Assembly (NCBI GenBank): GCA_030765585.1
Contig: JAVCCJ010000058.1
Span: 1-43,564, forward strand
Direction of reading: 5' to 3'
DNA: 43,564 nt
Origin: Candidatus Zapsychrus exili
GTDB lineage: Bacteria; Omnitrophota; Gorgyraeia; Zapsychrales; Zapsychraceae
Part shown: positions 30,348 to 40,139 of the stretch, in pieces
How positions within the stretch are numbered: the first letter of the stretch is position 1
How the letters are laid out: the number at the start of each line of letters is the position of its first letter
The notes under the pieces: generated by a model
Database searches by the model: none
What the model was told of the DNA's origin: nothing
What the model saw: the letters and a program-made list of their open reading frames with translations, nothing else
Translations under genes and position numbers: made by a program

Positions 30348-31493
30348 TTAAAACCCCTTCTTGATCATATCTAAGGCGATAATGCTTCTTTGAATTTGAT
30401 TTGTTCCTTCATAAATTTGAGTAATCTTTGCATCACGCATAAACTTCTCTGCTGGATACTCTTTAATATATCCGTATCCACCAAAAATTTGAACTGCATC
30501 AGTTGTTACTTTCATAGCTACATCAGATGCAAACATTTTTGCCATTGACGATGTTCTTGTAACATCTTTTACTCCTGCATCAATTTGACGAGCAGAAGCA
30601 TAAACTAAGGCACGTGCTGCTTGTACTTGAGTTGCCATATCAGCTAACATAAATTGAAGCCCTTGAAAGCTTGAAACTGGCTTACCAAACTGAACTCTTT
30701 CTTTTGAATATTGTAAAGCTGCCTCCAATGCTCCTTGAGCAATTCCAACAGCTTGAGCACCAATTCCTGGACGAGACATATCGAAAGTTTTCATTGCGGT
30801 TATAAAACCTTGTCCTTCTTTGCCTAGTAAGTTTTTTGCAGGAACTTTACAATCTTGAAAGATAAGTTCTCTTGTAGCAGATGCTCTGATACCAAGCTTT
30901 TCTTCTTTTTTACCATATGTAAAACCAGGTGTGTCAGCATCAACTATGAACATACTTGCTCCACGAGCACCCTTAGATTTATTTGTCATGGCTACAATTG
31001 TATAAATTTCAGCTTCACCACCATTTGTGATAAAACATTTTGTTCCATTTAAAATATAATTATCACCATCTTTTTTAGCAGTTGTTGCAATAGCGCTTGC
31101 ATCAGAACCAGCTCCTGGCTCTGTGATTCCATATGCACATAAAGCACCTTTTACTATTCTAGGTAAATATCTTTCCTTTTGCTCATCGTTTGCAGCAACT
31201 AAGATTGGATCAACGCCAAGTGCAGTACCTGCAAAAGCAAGAGCTATGCCAGCACAACCTCGAGACAATTCTTCAACCACTATACATAAATCTAAAATTC
31301 CACCACCCATTCCGCCATATTTCTCGTCAATATAAACACCAAAAAGATCAGACTCTTTCATGACTTTAACAATGTCATGCGGAAATTCTTCTGATTCGTC
31401 TAGCTCAGCTCTAACAGGAATAATTTTTTCTTCTACAATCTCTCTACATAGATCTCTAATCATAACCTGTTCTTCTGTAAGTAAATAATCCAT
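30348..31493 (-). CDS. acyl-CoA (butyryl-CoA-like) dehydrogenase
   Basis: TEPGAGSDA, GTKCFITNG, RVQFGKP, RDAKITQIYEGTNQIQR. Confidence 0.94.
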   Translation of the reverse strand: MDYLLTEEQVMIRDLCREIVEEKIIPVRAELDESEEFPHDIVKVMKESDLFGVYIDEKYGGMGGGILDLCIVVEELSRGCAGIALAFAGTALGVDPILVAANDEQKERYLPRIVKGALCAYGITEPGAGSDASAIATTAKKDGDNYILNGTKCFITNGGEAEIYTIVAMTNKSKGARGASMFIVDADTPGFTYGKKEEKLGIRASATRELIFQDCKVPAKNLLGKEGQGFITAMKTFDMSRPGIGAQAVGIAQGALEAALQYSKERVQFGKPVSSFQGLQFMLADMATQVQAARALVYASARQIDAGVKDVTRTSSMAKMFASDVAMKVTTDAVQIFGGYGYIKEYPAEKFMRDAKITQIYEGTNQIQRSIIALDMIKKGF

Positions 31494-31643
31494 TGTTGTC
31501 TCCCTAAAATATCTTTATATTATTAAATTATTAGTATTTAAAGTTCCAAAACTGTCACATATTACCATAACACTCATAAAAAAGGCAATATTTTTTTACT
31601 ATATTTTAAATTCTGTCTTTTAGCCACTTTTTGCACTATAATT

Positions 31644-32852
31644 TTAAGAAACAGATGCTCTTTTAGGAACAATAACTATTCCAGATGCGGTCAGAATAAA
31701 TCTCTTTTTATCTAACGCCAAATCGTAGCCTATGGTAGTGTTAGGAGGAACGGTTACCTCTTTATCTATAATAGCATTCTTTATCTTAGACCCCTCACCA
31801 ATAGTAACGCCTTCCATTATTACAGAATTCTTAATTTCTGCCTTATCTCCAATTACAACGTTCTGCGACAAAACAGATTTTTCAACCTTGCCGCCTCTTA
31901 CAACGCATCCTCCAGATACCATAGAATTTATAACGCAACCTCTACTTGACTCTGTATTTGACATTTTAATAGGCGGGTATTGTTCATGAAACGTTCTTAC
32001 AGGCCATGTTTTATCATAAAGATTAAACTCTGGCTTATTTTCTAACAAGTCCATATTTGCTTCATAATAAGCGTCTCTTGTCCCAATATCTCTCCAATAT
32101 TCAGGAGTACCTTCTTCATCGGTAAAATTATAAACATAAACATTCTTTTTATCTTGAAGCATTTGCGGAATAATATTCTTTCCAAAATCGTGGCTAGATA
32201 AAGGCTTTTTAGCGTCTGTTCGAAGTTCATCTAAAAGAGAATCCTTACTAAACACATAGATACCCATTGATGCAAATATTTCATCAGGATCAGCAGGTAT
32301 GACTTTAGGATTTTTTGGCTTTTCTTGAAATCCTAAGACTTGATTATTTTTATTTACCTCTATTACACCAAAATCGGTAGATGTTTCTTTTGGCATAGGT
32401 ATACAAGCAACTGTCATATCTGCGCCATTTTCTTTATGAAAATCTATCATTTTGCCATAATCCATCTTATAAATATGATCACCAGCTAATACAAGAATCT
32501 GCTCTGGGTCACACTCCTCAATAGCATATATATTTTGATAAATTGCATCTGCGGTGCCTTTATACCAATCATCACCTATTCTCTGTTGTGCGGGAATAAT
32601 ATCAATAAATTCTCCTAACTGATTTGAAACAACGTTCCAACCAGCCAAAAGATGCTTTTGAAGAGAAAATGATTTGTATTGAGTTAAGATGTAAATCCTT
32701 CTGAGACCAGAGTTTATGCAATTACTTAGAGTAAAATCAATAATACGATATATTCCTCCAAAAGGTACGGCAGGCTTTGTTCTGTCGCGAGTAAGTGGGT
32801 CTAATCTCTCGCCTCTTCCTCCAGCTAGTATAAACGTTAAAATATCGCGCAT
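31644..32852 (-). CDS. glgC: glucose-1-phosphate adenylyltransferase
   Basis: LAGGRGERL, KPAVPFGG, WYKGTADA, GDHIYKMDY, ASMGIY, YWRDIGT. Confidence 0.97.
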   Translation of the reverse strand: MRDILTFILAGGRGERLDPLTRDRTKPAVPFGGIYRIIDFTLSNCINSGLRRIYILTQYKSFSLQKHLLAGWNVVSNQLGEFIDIIPAQQRIGDDWYKGTADAIYQNIYAIEECDPEQILVLAGDHIYKMDYGKMIDFHKENGADMTVACIPMPKETSTDFGVIEVNKNNQVLGFQEKPKNPKVIPADPDEIFASMGIYVFSKDSLLDELRTDAKKPLSSHDFGKNIIPQMLQDKKNVYVYNFTDEEGTPEYWRDIGTRDAYYEANMDLLENKPEFNLYDKTWPVRTFHEQYPPIKMSNTESSRGCVINSMVSGGCVVRGGKVEKSVLSQNVVIGDKAEIKNSVIMEGVTIGEGSKIKNAIIDKEVTVPPNTTIGYDLALDKKRFILTASGIVIVPKRASVS

Positions 32853-32899
32853 ATGGTTCCTTTTATTAGTAGTATTATTATTTAAATATATGAAGGGGT

Positions 32900-32928
32900 A
32901 TTATACACACGGACAGATAGATTTGCAA
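32900..32928 (-). promoter_or_regulatory. sigma70 promoter of glgC
   Basis: TTGCAA-17bp-TATAAT with TG extension. Confidence 0.75.
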
Positions 32929-32959
32929 CACTATTTAAGCCAGAAGAATTATTTGTCTT

Positions 32960-35272
32960 CTAGTCTAATTTATCTAGCTTCTTCTGCACTTCTTTATTTC
33001 TAGGATTAATCTCTAAAGACTTCTTGTAATTAGCCTTAGCTTCAGCAACATCTCCTGCCGCATCCGAAACATCGCCTAACTTATAATAAACAATATCAAG
33101 CTTTTTTTTGGAAGATAACAATATTTTATATATTTCTTGCGCCTTTAAGTAGGCTTCTTGGTCATAGACGATGTCTCCAATATCTATTATGTCCACAAAT
33201 GCTTCTGGGGCAACAATATGCACTCTTTTTAATACCACAATAACCTCATCTAACTTATCATTTTCTGCATATGCTTTTGCCAAGAAAAAGTAAGCTTTTG
33301 GGTCTTTTGGCCACATTTCTATTATTTTCCTATATTCCTTAATAGCATACTCGTATTCTTTCATCTCTAAATAGGCCAATGCCAAATTATGCCTATCTTT
33401 TTTCTTACCACCAGATAAAGAAGCTGCTATTCGAAAACTTTCGAACGCCCTATCGTAATCCTTTTTCTTTGAATATATCTTCCCCATTATTCTGTAAAGC
33501 TCTGGATAATTAGGTGCCATTTTAAGAGCCTCTTTAATCTCTGCCATTGCAGCATCATATAAGCCCAAACTTTCTAAAGTAAACGCTCTATAATATTGAT
33601 GGCTAGGTTTTACCTGCTCAACGCCTATTTTAAACAAATCTATTTCTGGCGGCTTATACCTGGAAAGTTTTATGCGAAATTTTTTAATAATCTCTCTATT
33701 CTCTTTTACATTCTTTAAAAAGATAACCGCATCATAATCAAAATAAACAATGACCCAATCTTTGTTATTATAAAAATAATTTACTATTGGCTTAGGTATT
33801 CTTTGACGTATTGAATTTAAAAAAGCTCCTGTTATGTTGTATTTCTTTATAACGCTGTCAGTTAATTCTTTTGGACCGTTTTTCCAAATATTACGATACA
33901 TCTTAAAGAATTTTGCACCATGAACTTCTGTTCTGCCGTCAATAAATACCTTAATATCTGGATAAGTTCTTCCCAACAGATATGCTCCCGAATTAAAATC
34001 ATTAAAGAAATTTCCTCTTATATTGTTATCAACCAAGAAATCAGCTGCCTTATGAGGAAGTCCTAATCTTGATATACCTCCAAACTCGCTTTTGCGCTGA
34101 TATTTATCAAAATCATAATATGAATTTCGAGAAACATTTTCAGAATATTGCATAATCCAAGCTAAAAGAGCAATATTTAAAGCTATCAAGGTTACATATT
34201 GAAACTTTTTATGCGAGAATTTTATTGGAAATATATCATTAAAAGATACATTTGTAGAATTAGTTACAAAAACAAGATAAGCGGCAAAAGCAAAAAACGA
34301 AATATTTCTAACAGCTCCCAGAGAAAACACAAGAAATATAATCCAAAGTAATAATGCACTAATATCGATTTTTCTTCTATTGATAACAAAAGAAAAGAAA
34401 GATAATATTATTGTAAGCTTATAATATCCAAAGCGATTCATATCAAACAGGGTTGCTCTTGTTATAGGTTTTTGCAACTCTTGAATGAAATCAAAAAATA
34501 TTTTATTTTCTCCAGATAATGAGAAAAATACTTTAACTGGATACAATGCACCAGCGACAACACAAGGATTAAAAAAGCATGCGAAAATTGTTATTATAAA
34601 AAGTATTTTAAGCCTGCCATATTCAACATTTGTCAAACGTCCTGATTCATTCCATTCTGCGGGAAGTTTAACATGTCTTTTAATAAATTCAGAGAATATA
34701 CCTACAAAAATAAATAGCGGACCAAAAAAGAAAAACCCATGAATATTCGACCAAAGAACCTGAACAATAAACAAAACTGGCAGAGACCATTTTTTATCTA
34801 TATGCAAAGATAAAATAAAAATATATATTGTAAAAAATAAAAGACTAAAAAGATCTGGTCGCGTAGTAAACCTATGCTGATAAACTAAAAATACTATAAG
34901 TAAGAAAAATGTTGTAATAAATTGTCTATTTTTATTGTATCCGACTAAAAGAAGCATAAACATTGTCATTGTGACAACTGCAATCTGCATCTTTATAACA
35001 CCGTCGGGACCCCAGGTATTAAAAATATTGTAAACAATTACCTGAAATAACCATTCATGATTAATCCATGATTTACCAGCAATCGAAAAAGACAAAACAT
35101 CAAAATCAGGAACAAAATGATTTATTGTTATAAATTTCCCCATGGCTAGATGAAGCCATATATCTAGATCTTTTATCTCTACCCCCGCAACATAAACAAG
35201 CAAACCAAATAAAGCGCCTAAAGGTAATAGCCCAAAAAAATAGTTTGTTTTTTGCCAGAACTTATTATTCAT
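32960..35272 (-). CDS. multi-pass membrane protein with C-terminal TPRs (GT-C-like), paralog 1
   Basis: DLDIWLHL..G, W.NHEWLFQ, RPD, WSNIHGFF, FIDGRTE; about 10 TM helices; TPRs. Confidence 0.75.
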   Translation of the reverse strand: MNNKFWQKTNYFFGLLPLGALFGLLVYVAGVEIKDLDIWLHLAMGKFITINHFVPDFDVLSFSIAGKSWINHEWLFQVIVYNIFNTWGPDGVIKMQIAVVTMTMFMLLLVGYNKNRQFITTFFLLIVFLVYQHRFTTRPDLFSLLFFTIYIFILSLHIDKKWSLPVLFIVQVLWSNIHGFFFFGPLFIFVGIFSEFIKRHVKLPAEWNESGRLTNVEYGRLKILFIITIFACFFNPCVVAGALYPVKVFFSLSGENKIFFDFIQELQKPITRATLFDMNRFGYYKLTIILSFFSFVINRRKIDISALLLWIIFLVFSLGAVRNISFFAFAAYLVFVTNSTNVSFNDIFPIKFSHKKFQYVTLIALNIALLAWIMQYSENVSRNSYYDFDKYQRKSEFGGISRLGLPHKAADFLVDNNIRGNFFNDFNSGAYLLGRTYPDIKVFIDGRTEVHGAKFFKMYRNIWKNGPKELTDSVIKKYNITGAFLNSIRQRIPKPIVNYFYNNKDWVIVYFDYDAVIFLKNVKENREIIKKFRIKLSRYKPPEIDLFKIGVEQVKPSHQYYRAFTLESLGLYDAAMAEIKEALKMAPNYPELYRIMGKIYSKKKDYDRAFESFRIAASLSGGKKKDRHNLALAYLEMKEYEYAIKEYRKIIEMWPKDPKAYFFLAKAYAENDKLDEVIVVLKRVHIVAPEAFVDIIDIGDIVYDQEAYLKAQEIYKILLSSKKKLDIVYYKLGDVSDAAGDVAEAKANYKKSLEINPRNKEVQKKLDKLD

Positions 35273-37481
35273 TGTTTTTAATCTCTTCTAATTTTTTAAC
35301 TACATCAATATTATCTGAATCTGATTCAATTATAAGATTATAAATTTCTTTCGCATAAGAAATTTCACCATTCTCTAAAAATAAATCTGCAACTTCAACC
35401 ATCTCATCAATCATACGAGAGGTGATGTCGTACGCCTCTTTAAATGTTTCGTATGCTTTCTCGTACTCTTTTTCCTTAATATAAAGCAGGGCCCTAAGAA
35501 ACAGTCCTTTTGCATTTTTAGGATTGCTATCTAATACTATCTGGCACTGTTTCTTAGCCTCTTCTATTTTGTCTAATTTATAAAAACATAACGCCAAATA
35601 ATATCTAATTTCTCTGCTATTCACATTAAGAAGCTTTGCTTTCCTTAAATTCTCAAATGCACTTTGTAACTTATTTTCTTTTAAATCAATTTTTCCTAAA
35701 AGCTTATATGCTGCTGAATAACGAGGTTCAATACGAAGAGCTTCTTTTATTTCAGACCTTGTGTGATCATACAATTTAAGACCATAATAGGCGGCTGCTC
35801 TATTTACATACCTAAATGGCGTAACATTCTTCGCTCCCAAACGAATCAAGTCAGCTGGCTCTGTGTTTGCTTTGCTCAGATCTATTTTATGGACTTTAAT
35901 CCATTCTTTGTTTTCTTCTATATCCTTTAAAAATACCGCACCATCATAATCAAAATAAACTAAAACCCAATCTTCACTTTTATAAATATAATATAATATT
36001 TTTTCAGGAACAGGATCGTATATCCACGTAAAAAATACTCCTGTTATACTATGCTTTTCAACCAACTGATCAAATAATTCTCCATCTCCTCTTTTTACAT
36101 CTCTGTATTCCTTAAAAAACTCCGTGCCATACATTTCAGTTCTGCCGTCAATAAATACCTTAATATTAGGATAAACCCTACCAATGAGATATGCACCTGC
36201 GTTAAAATCATTAAAGAAGTTTCCTTTTATATTATTTTTCTTTAAAAAATCAACAGCCTTTGTTGGAAAGATTCGTAAAGATACTCCGCCAAATTCACTT
36301 TTACGCTGATATTTATCAAAATCAAAATATCCCCTCAATGATAAAGTTTGAAAATACAACATAATCCAAAATATTAAAGAAACTTTTAGAATTATAATCA
36401 GAATTTCTTTAAATTTATCATTTCTCTTTAATGCAGGAAATAAAATATTAAAAGTTAAATCATGCGTATTTGCAAGAAACGCAAAATATGCCATTATGGC
36501 AAAAAATACTAAATTACGAATTGCACTTAAAGAAATAACTAAGAAGATTATCCACATAAAAAGAACTGTTATGTCAATCTTGCGACGATTATACACAAAA
36601 GATAATGCAGAAAGAACAATCGTCATCTTAAAGAATGGATATGATCTTAAAGAAAAAATATTGCTCAAAAGAATTGGACGAGCCAACTCCCTTATGCTTT
36701 CAAAGAATATCTTAGATTCTCCTGGTACAGAGCTAAGTATTCCAAAAGGATACAGCGCCCCTTTTATCCCATAAGGATTAATAAGGCATGCGAGATAAAC
36801 TGCTAAAAATATTTTCTTAAGTAAATTATACTCGTCATCATCAAGCCTTCCAATATTATTCCACTCAAACGGAAGCTTCACTCTTCTCTTTATAAATTCT
36901 GATACTATTGCCAATAGAACTATTGCAGGTCCAAGAATAAAAAATCCATGAATATTGCTCCATAAAATTTGAATAATAACAAGAATGAATAAAGAGCTTT
37001 TCTTACCCAATGAAGATGACAAAATGCATACATACAAAACAAAGAAAAGAAAGCTAAAGATATCAGGTCTTATTGTAAGACGTGTTTCGTATACAAGAAG
37101 CACCAGAAGAAGGAAAAAAGTTGGTAGGAATTGCTTGTCCCGATTGTATCCTAAAAGCAGCAAAAATGTAAAGGTCAGAACAACTACAATTACCTGAAGA
37201 TTGATTAACCCGTCTATTCCACCTAAGCCGTGGGCAAAATGAAGAACAGTCTGAAACAACCACTCATGATTAACCCAAGGCTTACCTGCTATCGAACAAG
37301 AAAAAATATCAACCTTTGGAATTGATAAATTCTCGACTATATGTTTGCCTGAAGATAAGTGAAGCCAGAGATCCATATCCTTGATTTCAATATTGGCCTC
37401 AAAAACAATAAGCCCGAATAACAAAAGAATAGCCAAAAGCCCCACAAAAAAGCTAATTTTTTTAAAAAACCAATCACTCAT
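35265..37481 (-). CDS. multi-pass membrane protein with C-terminal TPRs (GT-C-like), paralog 2
   Basis: Same motif set as adjacent paralog. Confidence 0.75.
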   Translation of the reverse strand: MSDWFFKKISFFVGLLAILLLFGLIVFEANIEIKDMDLWLHLSSGKHIVENLSIPKVDIFSCSIAGKPWVNHEWLFQTVLHFAHGLGGIDGLINLQVIVVVLTFTFLLLLGYNRDKQFLPTFFLLLVLLVYETRLTIRPDIFSFLFFVLYVCILSSSLGKKSSLFILVIIQILWSNIHGFFILGPAIVLLAIVSEFIKRRVKLPFEWNNIGRLDDDEYNLLKKIFLAVYLACLINPYGIKGALYPFGILSSVPGESKIFFESIRELARPILLSNIFSLRSYPFFKMTIVLSALSFVYNRRKIDITVLFMWIIFLVISLSAIRNLVFFAIMAYFAFLANTHDLTFNILFPALKRNDKFKEILIIILKVSLIFWIMLYFQTLSLRGYFDFDKYQRKSEFGGVSLRIFPTKAVDFLKKNNIKGNFFNDFNAGAYLIGRVYPNIKVFIDGRTEMYGTEFFKEYRDVKRGDGELFDQLVEKHSITGVFFTWIYDPVPEKILYYIYKSEDWVLVYFDYDGAVFLKDIEENKEWIKVHKIDLSKANTEPADLIRLGAKNVTPFRYVNRAAAYYGLKLYDHTRSEIKEALRIEPRYSAAYKLLGKIDLKENKLQSAFENLRKAKLLNVNSREIRYYLALCFYKLDKIEEAKKQCQIVLDSNPKNAKGLFLRALLYIKEKEYEKAYETFKEAYDITSRMIDEMVEVADLFLENGEISYAKEIYNLIIESDSDNIDVVKKLEEIKNNE

Positions 37482-37689
37482 TTTTTATCTTCTATCTGCT
37501 TGCTATTAAGAATCTACTGTTTTAATAATGTACTTTAAATCTTTTTTATCATATAATATATTTACTTATATATCTAGCGGTTTAATAAATTAATATTCTT
37601 ATTATTTATTGCTAGAGATTGCGACCCTATCTAATAAAAGAATTTGTTGATCGCAATACTATAAAAAATAAAAATTATTAATAATATTA

Positions 37690-38091
37690 ATGGAGAATAT
37701 TATGCCAATAGAAGCGAACACTGACGCCCTTATCCAAGAATTAGAACAATTTAAAAAAGAAAAAGAACAAATACGCAAATTGATAGGTCAAATTGGTGGG
37801 TCGAAAGCAAACAACTTAGACAAAATAACAAATATTATCTTTATTGTCGCGCTTTGCAGCTTATTTAGTTTAGATCTTCTTAGACATGTTTTTGGTGTAC
37901 ACGTCCCTATTCCGTCGATGCTTTCTTTAGAAATGGGACTTCTTCTAATATCAATTAAAATCATCTGGATGATACACAAACAAACTAAAGTAGAACATTT
38001 TCAATTCTGGATTCTTAATTCAATAGAATTTAGATTAAATGAGATTTCAAAAGAGATAAGAAGCATTGAAAAGAAGCCGGAGCAAAACTAA
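37690..38091 (+). CDS. hypothetical 2-TM membrane protein
   Basis: Coiled N-terminus, two hydrophobic helices, HFQFWILNSIEFRLN. Confidence 0.75.
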   Translation: MENIMPIEANTDALIQELEQFKKEKEQIRKLIGQIGGSKANNLDKITNIIFIVALCSLFSLDLLRHVFGVHVPIPSMLSLEMGLLLISIKIIWMIHKQTKVEHFQFWILNSIEFRLNEISKEIRSIEKKPEQN

Positions 38092-38105
38092 TAGCAACTT
38101 TGCTT

Positions 38106-38645
38106 TTATAAAACCTGAGATATTTCATCTAGCGATTTACGTATTTTCTCACAGTCTACATCTTCAGCAGGATATCCCATACTTAAAATAGTATCTACCC
38201 TCTTGCCTCGTGGTATTTTAAACATCTTTTTAACCGCACGTTCATTAAACCATCCTAGCCAACAAGTCCCTACTCCATCCTCGGCTGCTTGTAAAACAAA
38301 ATGCTCTGTCGCAATGGCGCTGTCAATTAGACTAAAACGAATACCGCGGAAGAATGCACCTAATTGAGCCACAAATTTAGAAGATTCACGCACAACCACT
38401 ACCAAAACAGACGCATCATTTGCAAAGGTATTCATTTTATAAATACCGGTGAAGGCTTTACTTACCAACTCTTCCTTTAGTTTTGGAGTTTTGACAACAA
38501 TAAATTTCCAAGGCTGAGAATTACAAGCTGATGGCGCAAGGCGTGCGGCCTCAAGGCACCTACTAATTACTTCATCTGATACAGGGCGCGCAGAGTCATA
38601 TTTGCGGCAACTGTATCTTTTTTTAACTAAATCTAAGAAATTCAT
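38106..38645 (-). CDS. nitroreductase family protein
   Basis: RYSCRKY, APSACNSQPWKF, GVGTCWLG. Confidence 0.93.
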   Translation of the reverse strand: MNFLDLVKKRYSCRKYDSARPVSDEVISRCLEAARLAPSACNSQPWKFIVVKTPKLKEELVSKAFTGIYKMNTFANDASVLVVVVRESSKFVAQLGAFFRGIRFSLIDSAIATEHFVLQAAEDGVGTCWLGWFNERAVKKMFKIPRGKRVDTILSMGYPAEDVDCEKIRKSLDEISQVL

Positions 38646-38738
38646 CTTATTTTACCACTTTTTTGTTGTAAGTTGTTTACTCTCAATATCTTAAGCTATT
38701 GTATTTTGCCACCATTCCTTCCAATCGACGTCCTTTAA

Positions 38739-38812
38739 AAACACTCGCCACAGTAGCAAGTGTGGCGAGTAGCGACTTCAGAAACACTGGCCACAGTGGC
38801 CAGTGTTTCTGA
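38739..38812. repeat. tandem palindromic repeat pair
   Basis: AAACACTCGCCACAGTAGCAAGTGT then perfect palindrome TCAGAAACACTGGCCAC-A-GTGGCCAGTGTTTCTGA. Confidence 0.75.
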
Positions 38813-38820
38813 GAATACAA

Positions 38821-39813
38821 TTACTCTAGCACAAAATGCCCTTCAGTGCACTCGATCAGCTTAGAACCTAGACTTAAAACAATCTCTTTTTCGCGTTTAA
38901 TTGCCTTGTAGTCAATAGCAGCTGACAGGAGTTCTTTGGTGTAATCGTGCATTGGATTATTGAATATCTCATCTGAGTTTGAATACTCAACAATTTTACC
39001 TTTGTACATTACAGCAATTCTGTCACATATTTTTCTAATAACCCTTAAATTATGAGATACAAACAGATACGTAACATTAAATTGCTTTTGCAAATCTAGC
39101 AATAAATCCAAAATCTGTTGTTGAATAATAACATCTAAAGATGATACTGCTTCATCTAAAATAAGCAGCTTTGGATTCATTACAAGCGCACGCGCGATTG
39201 CAATCCTTTGACGCTCACCACCTGAAAATTCGTGAGGATAACGATCTAAAATATCTGTTGGCAATTTAACGGCCTTTAGCATCTCAATTATCTTCTTCTC
39301 TACAACCTCTTTGTTTGTCATCTCTGTACCCGCGCTTGTCATCCCTGTACCCGCGCTTGTCATCCCTGCGAAGGCAGGGATCTCCTTCAGAGAATCAGCA
39401 GGCTTAATTTCTGAGATTCCTGCTCGCCTCGAGTCGAAGCCGCGGGCCTTCACAGGAATGACAAATGTATTATTCACCGCGCTTAATCCTTCAGAGATAA
39501 TATTTCTAACAGTAAACCTTGGATCAAGACTACTGTAGGGGTCTTGAAAAACCATTTGAACATTTGAGCGAAAATTCTTAAGCTCAGCACGTTTAGCGTT
39601 TGTCAAATTCTCTCCATCAAAAATAATTTCTCCAGCGTCCAAAGACAAAAGTTTAATTATTACTTTTGATAAAGTTGTCTTGCCGCATCCAGACTCACCA
39701 ACAAGACCTAGATTCTCCCCTTCTTTTATTGAAACAGTAACATCGTCAACAGCCTTTATCGTAGACTTTTGTTCCTTAAAATATTTTTTTATGTTTTTAA
39801 GCTCTAGTAACAT
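38821..39813 (-). CDS. oppF: oligopeptide ABC transporter ATPase (OppF/DppF-like) with in-frame repeat insertion
   Basis: GESGCGKTT, QMVFQDP, FSGGERQR, ILDEAVSSLD, SHNL. Confidence 0.9.
   Translation of the reverse strand: MLLELKNIKKYFKEQKSTIKAVDDVTVSIKEGENLGLVGESGCGKTTLSKVIIKLLSLDAGEIIFDGENLTNAKRAELKNFRSNVQMVFQDPYSSLDPRFTVRNIISEGLSAVNNTFVIPVKARGFDSRRAGISEIKPADSLKEIPAFAGMTSAGTGMTSAGTEMTNKEVVEKKIIEMLKAVKLPTDILDRYPHEFSGGERQRIAIARALVMNPKLLILDEAVSSLDVIIQQQILDLLLDLQKQFNVTYLFVSHNLRVIRKICDRIAVMYKGKIVEYSNSDEIFNNPMHDYTKELLSAAIDYKAIKREKEIVLSLGSKLIECTEGHFVLE
39315..39465. repeat. GTCAT-type palindromic element with 21-bp tandem units inside oppF
   Basis: (TTGTCATCYCTGTACCCGCGC)x2, TTGTCATCCCTGCGAAGGCAGGGATCTC, and inverted GAGATTCCTGC...CAGGAATGACAA. 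Confidence 0.9.
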
Positions 39814-39950
39814 TTTAATAAATCCCAACCTCAAAATTCAAATATCCACCGTTCATCTTACGATGAATGGCGAGACCTCAACAAAATTTACAAATTTTGG
39901 CGGGCCACTTTATCACCCTACCTGACGGCAGCGGACTTACCACTAGCTTT

Positions 39951-40023
39951 TCCTTCTCCCTCTTGGGGAGAAGGTTGGGATGAGGGGCCCCTCACCTTAG
40001 TCCTCTCCTCGAAAGGGAGAGGA
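39951..40023. repeat. CCCCTCACC..TCCTCTCC-type REP doublet
   Basis: CCTTCTCCC-TCTTG-GGGAGAAGG..TGAGGGG / CCCCTCACC..TCCTCTCC..GGGAGAGGA. Confidence 0.8.
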
Positions 40024-40139
40024 AAACTTTTCATTGAACCACACCTACTACAACAACAGTTCCTTCTTTTATTCTTTTCTTACCACCTGTCTGATTGCAT
40101 TAGGCAAGCAAAAATTTTACAATATCTAAATCTTAGATT

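Noticed and set aside
36548..36556. Perfect DnaA box TTATCCACA
   Set aside because: Single copy inside a CDS; expected by chance
39311..39538. Plus-strand 75-aa ORF with VIPVPAL repeats
   Set aside because: Antisense reading of the palindromic element within oppF
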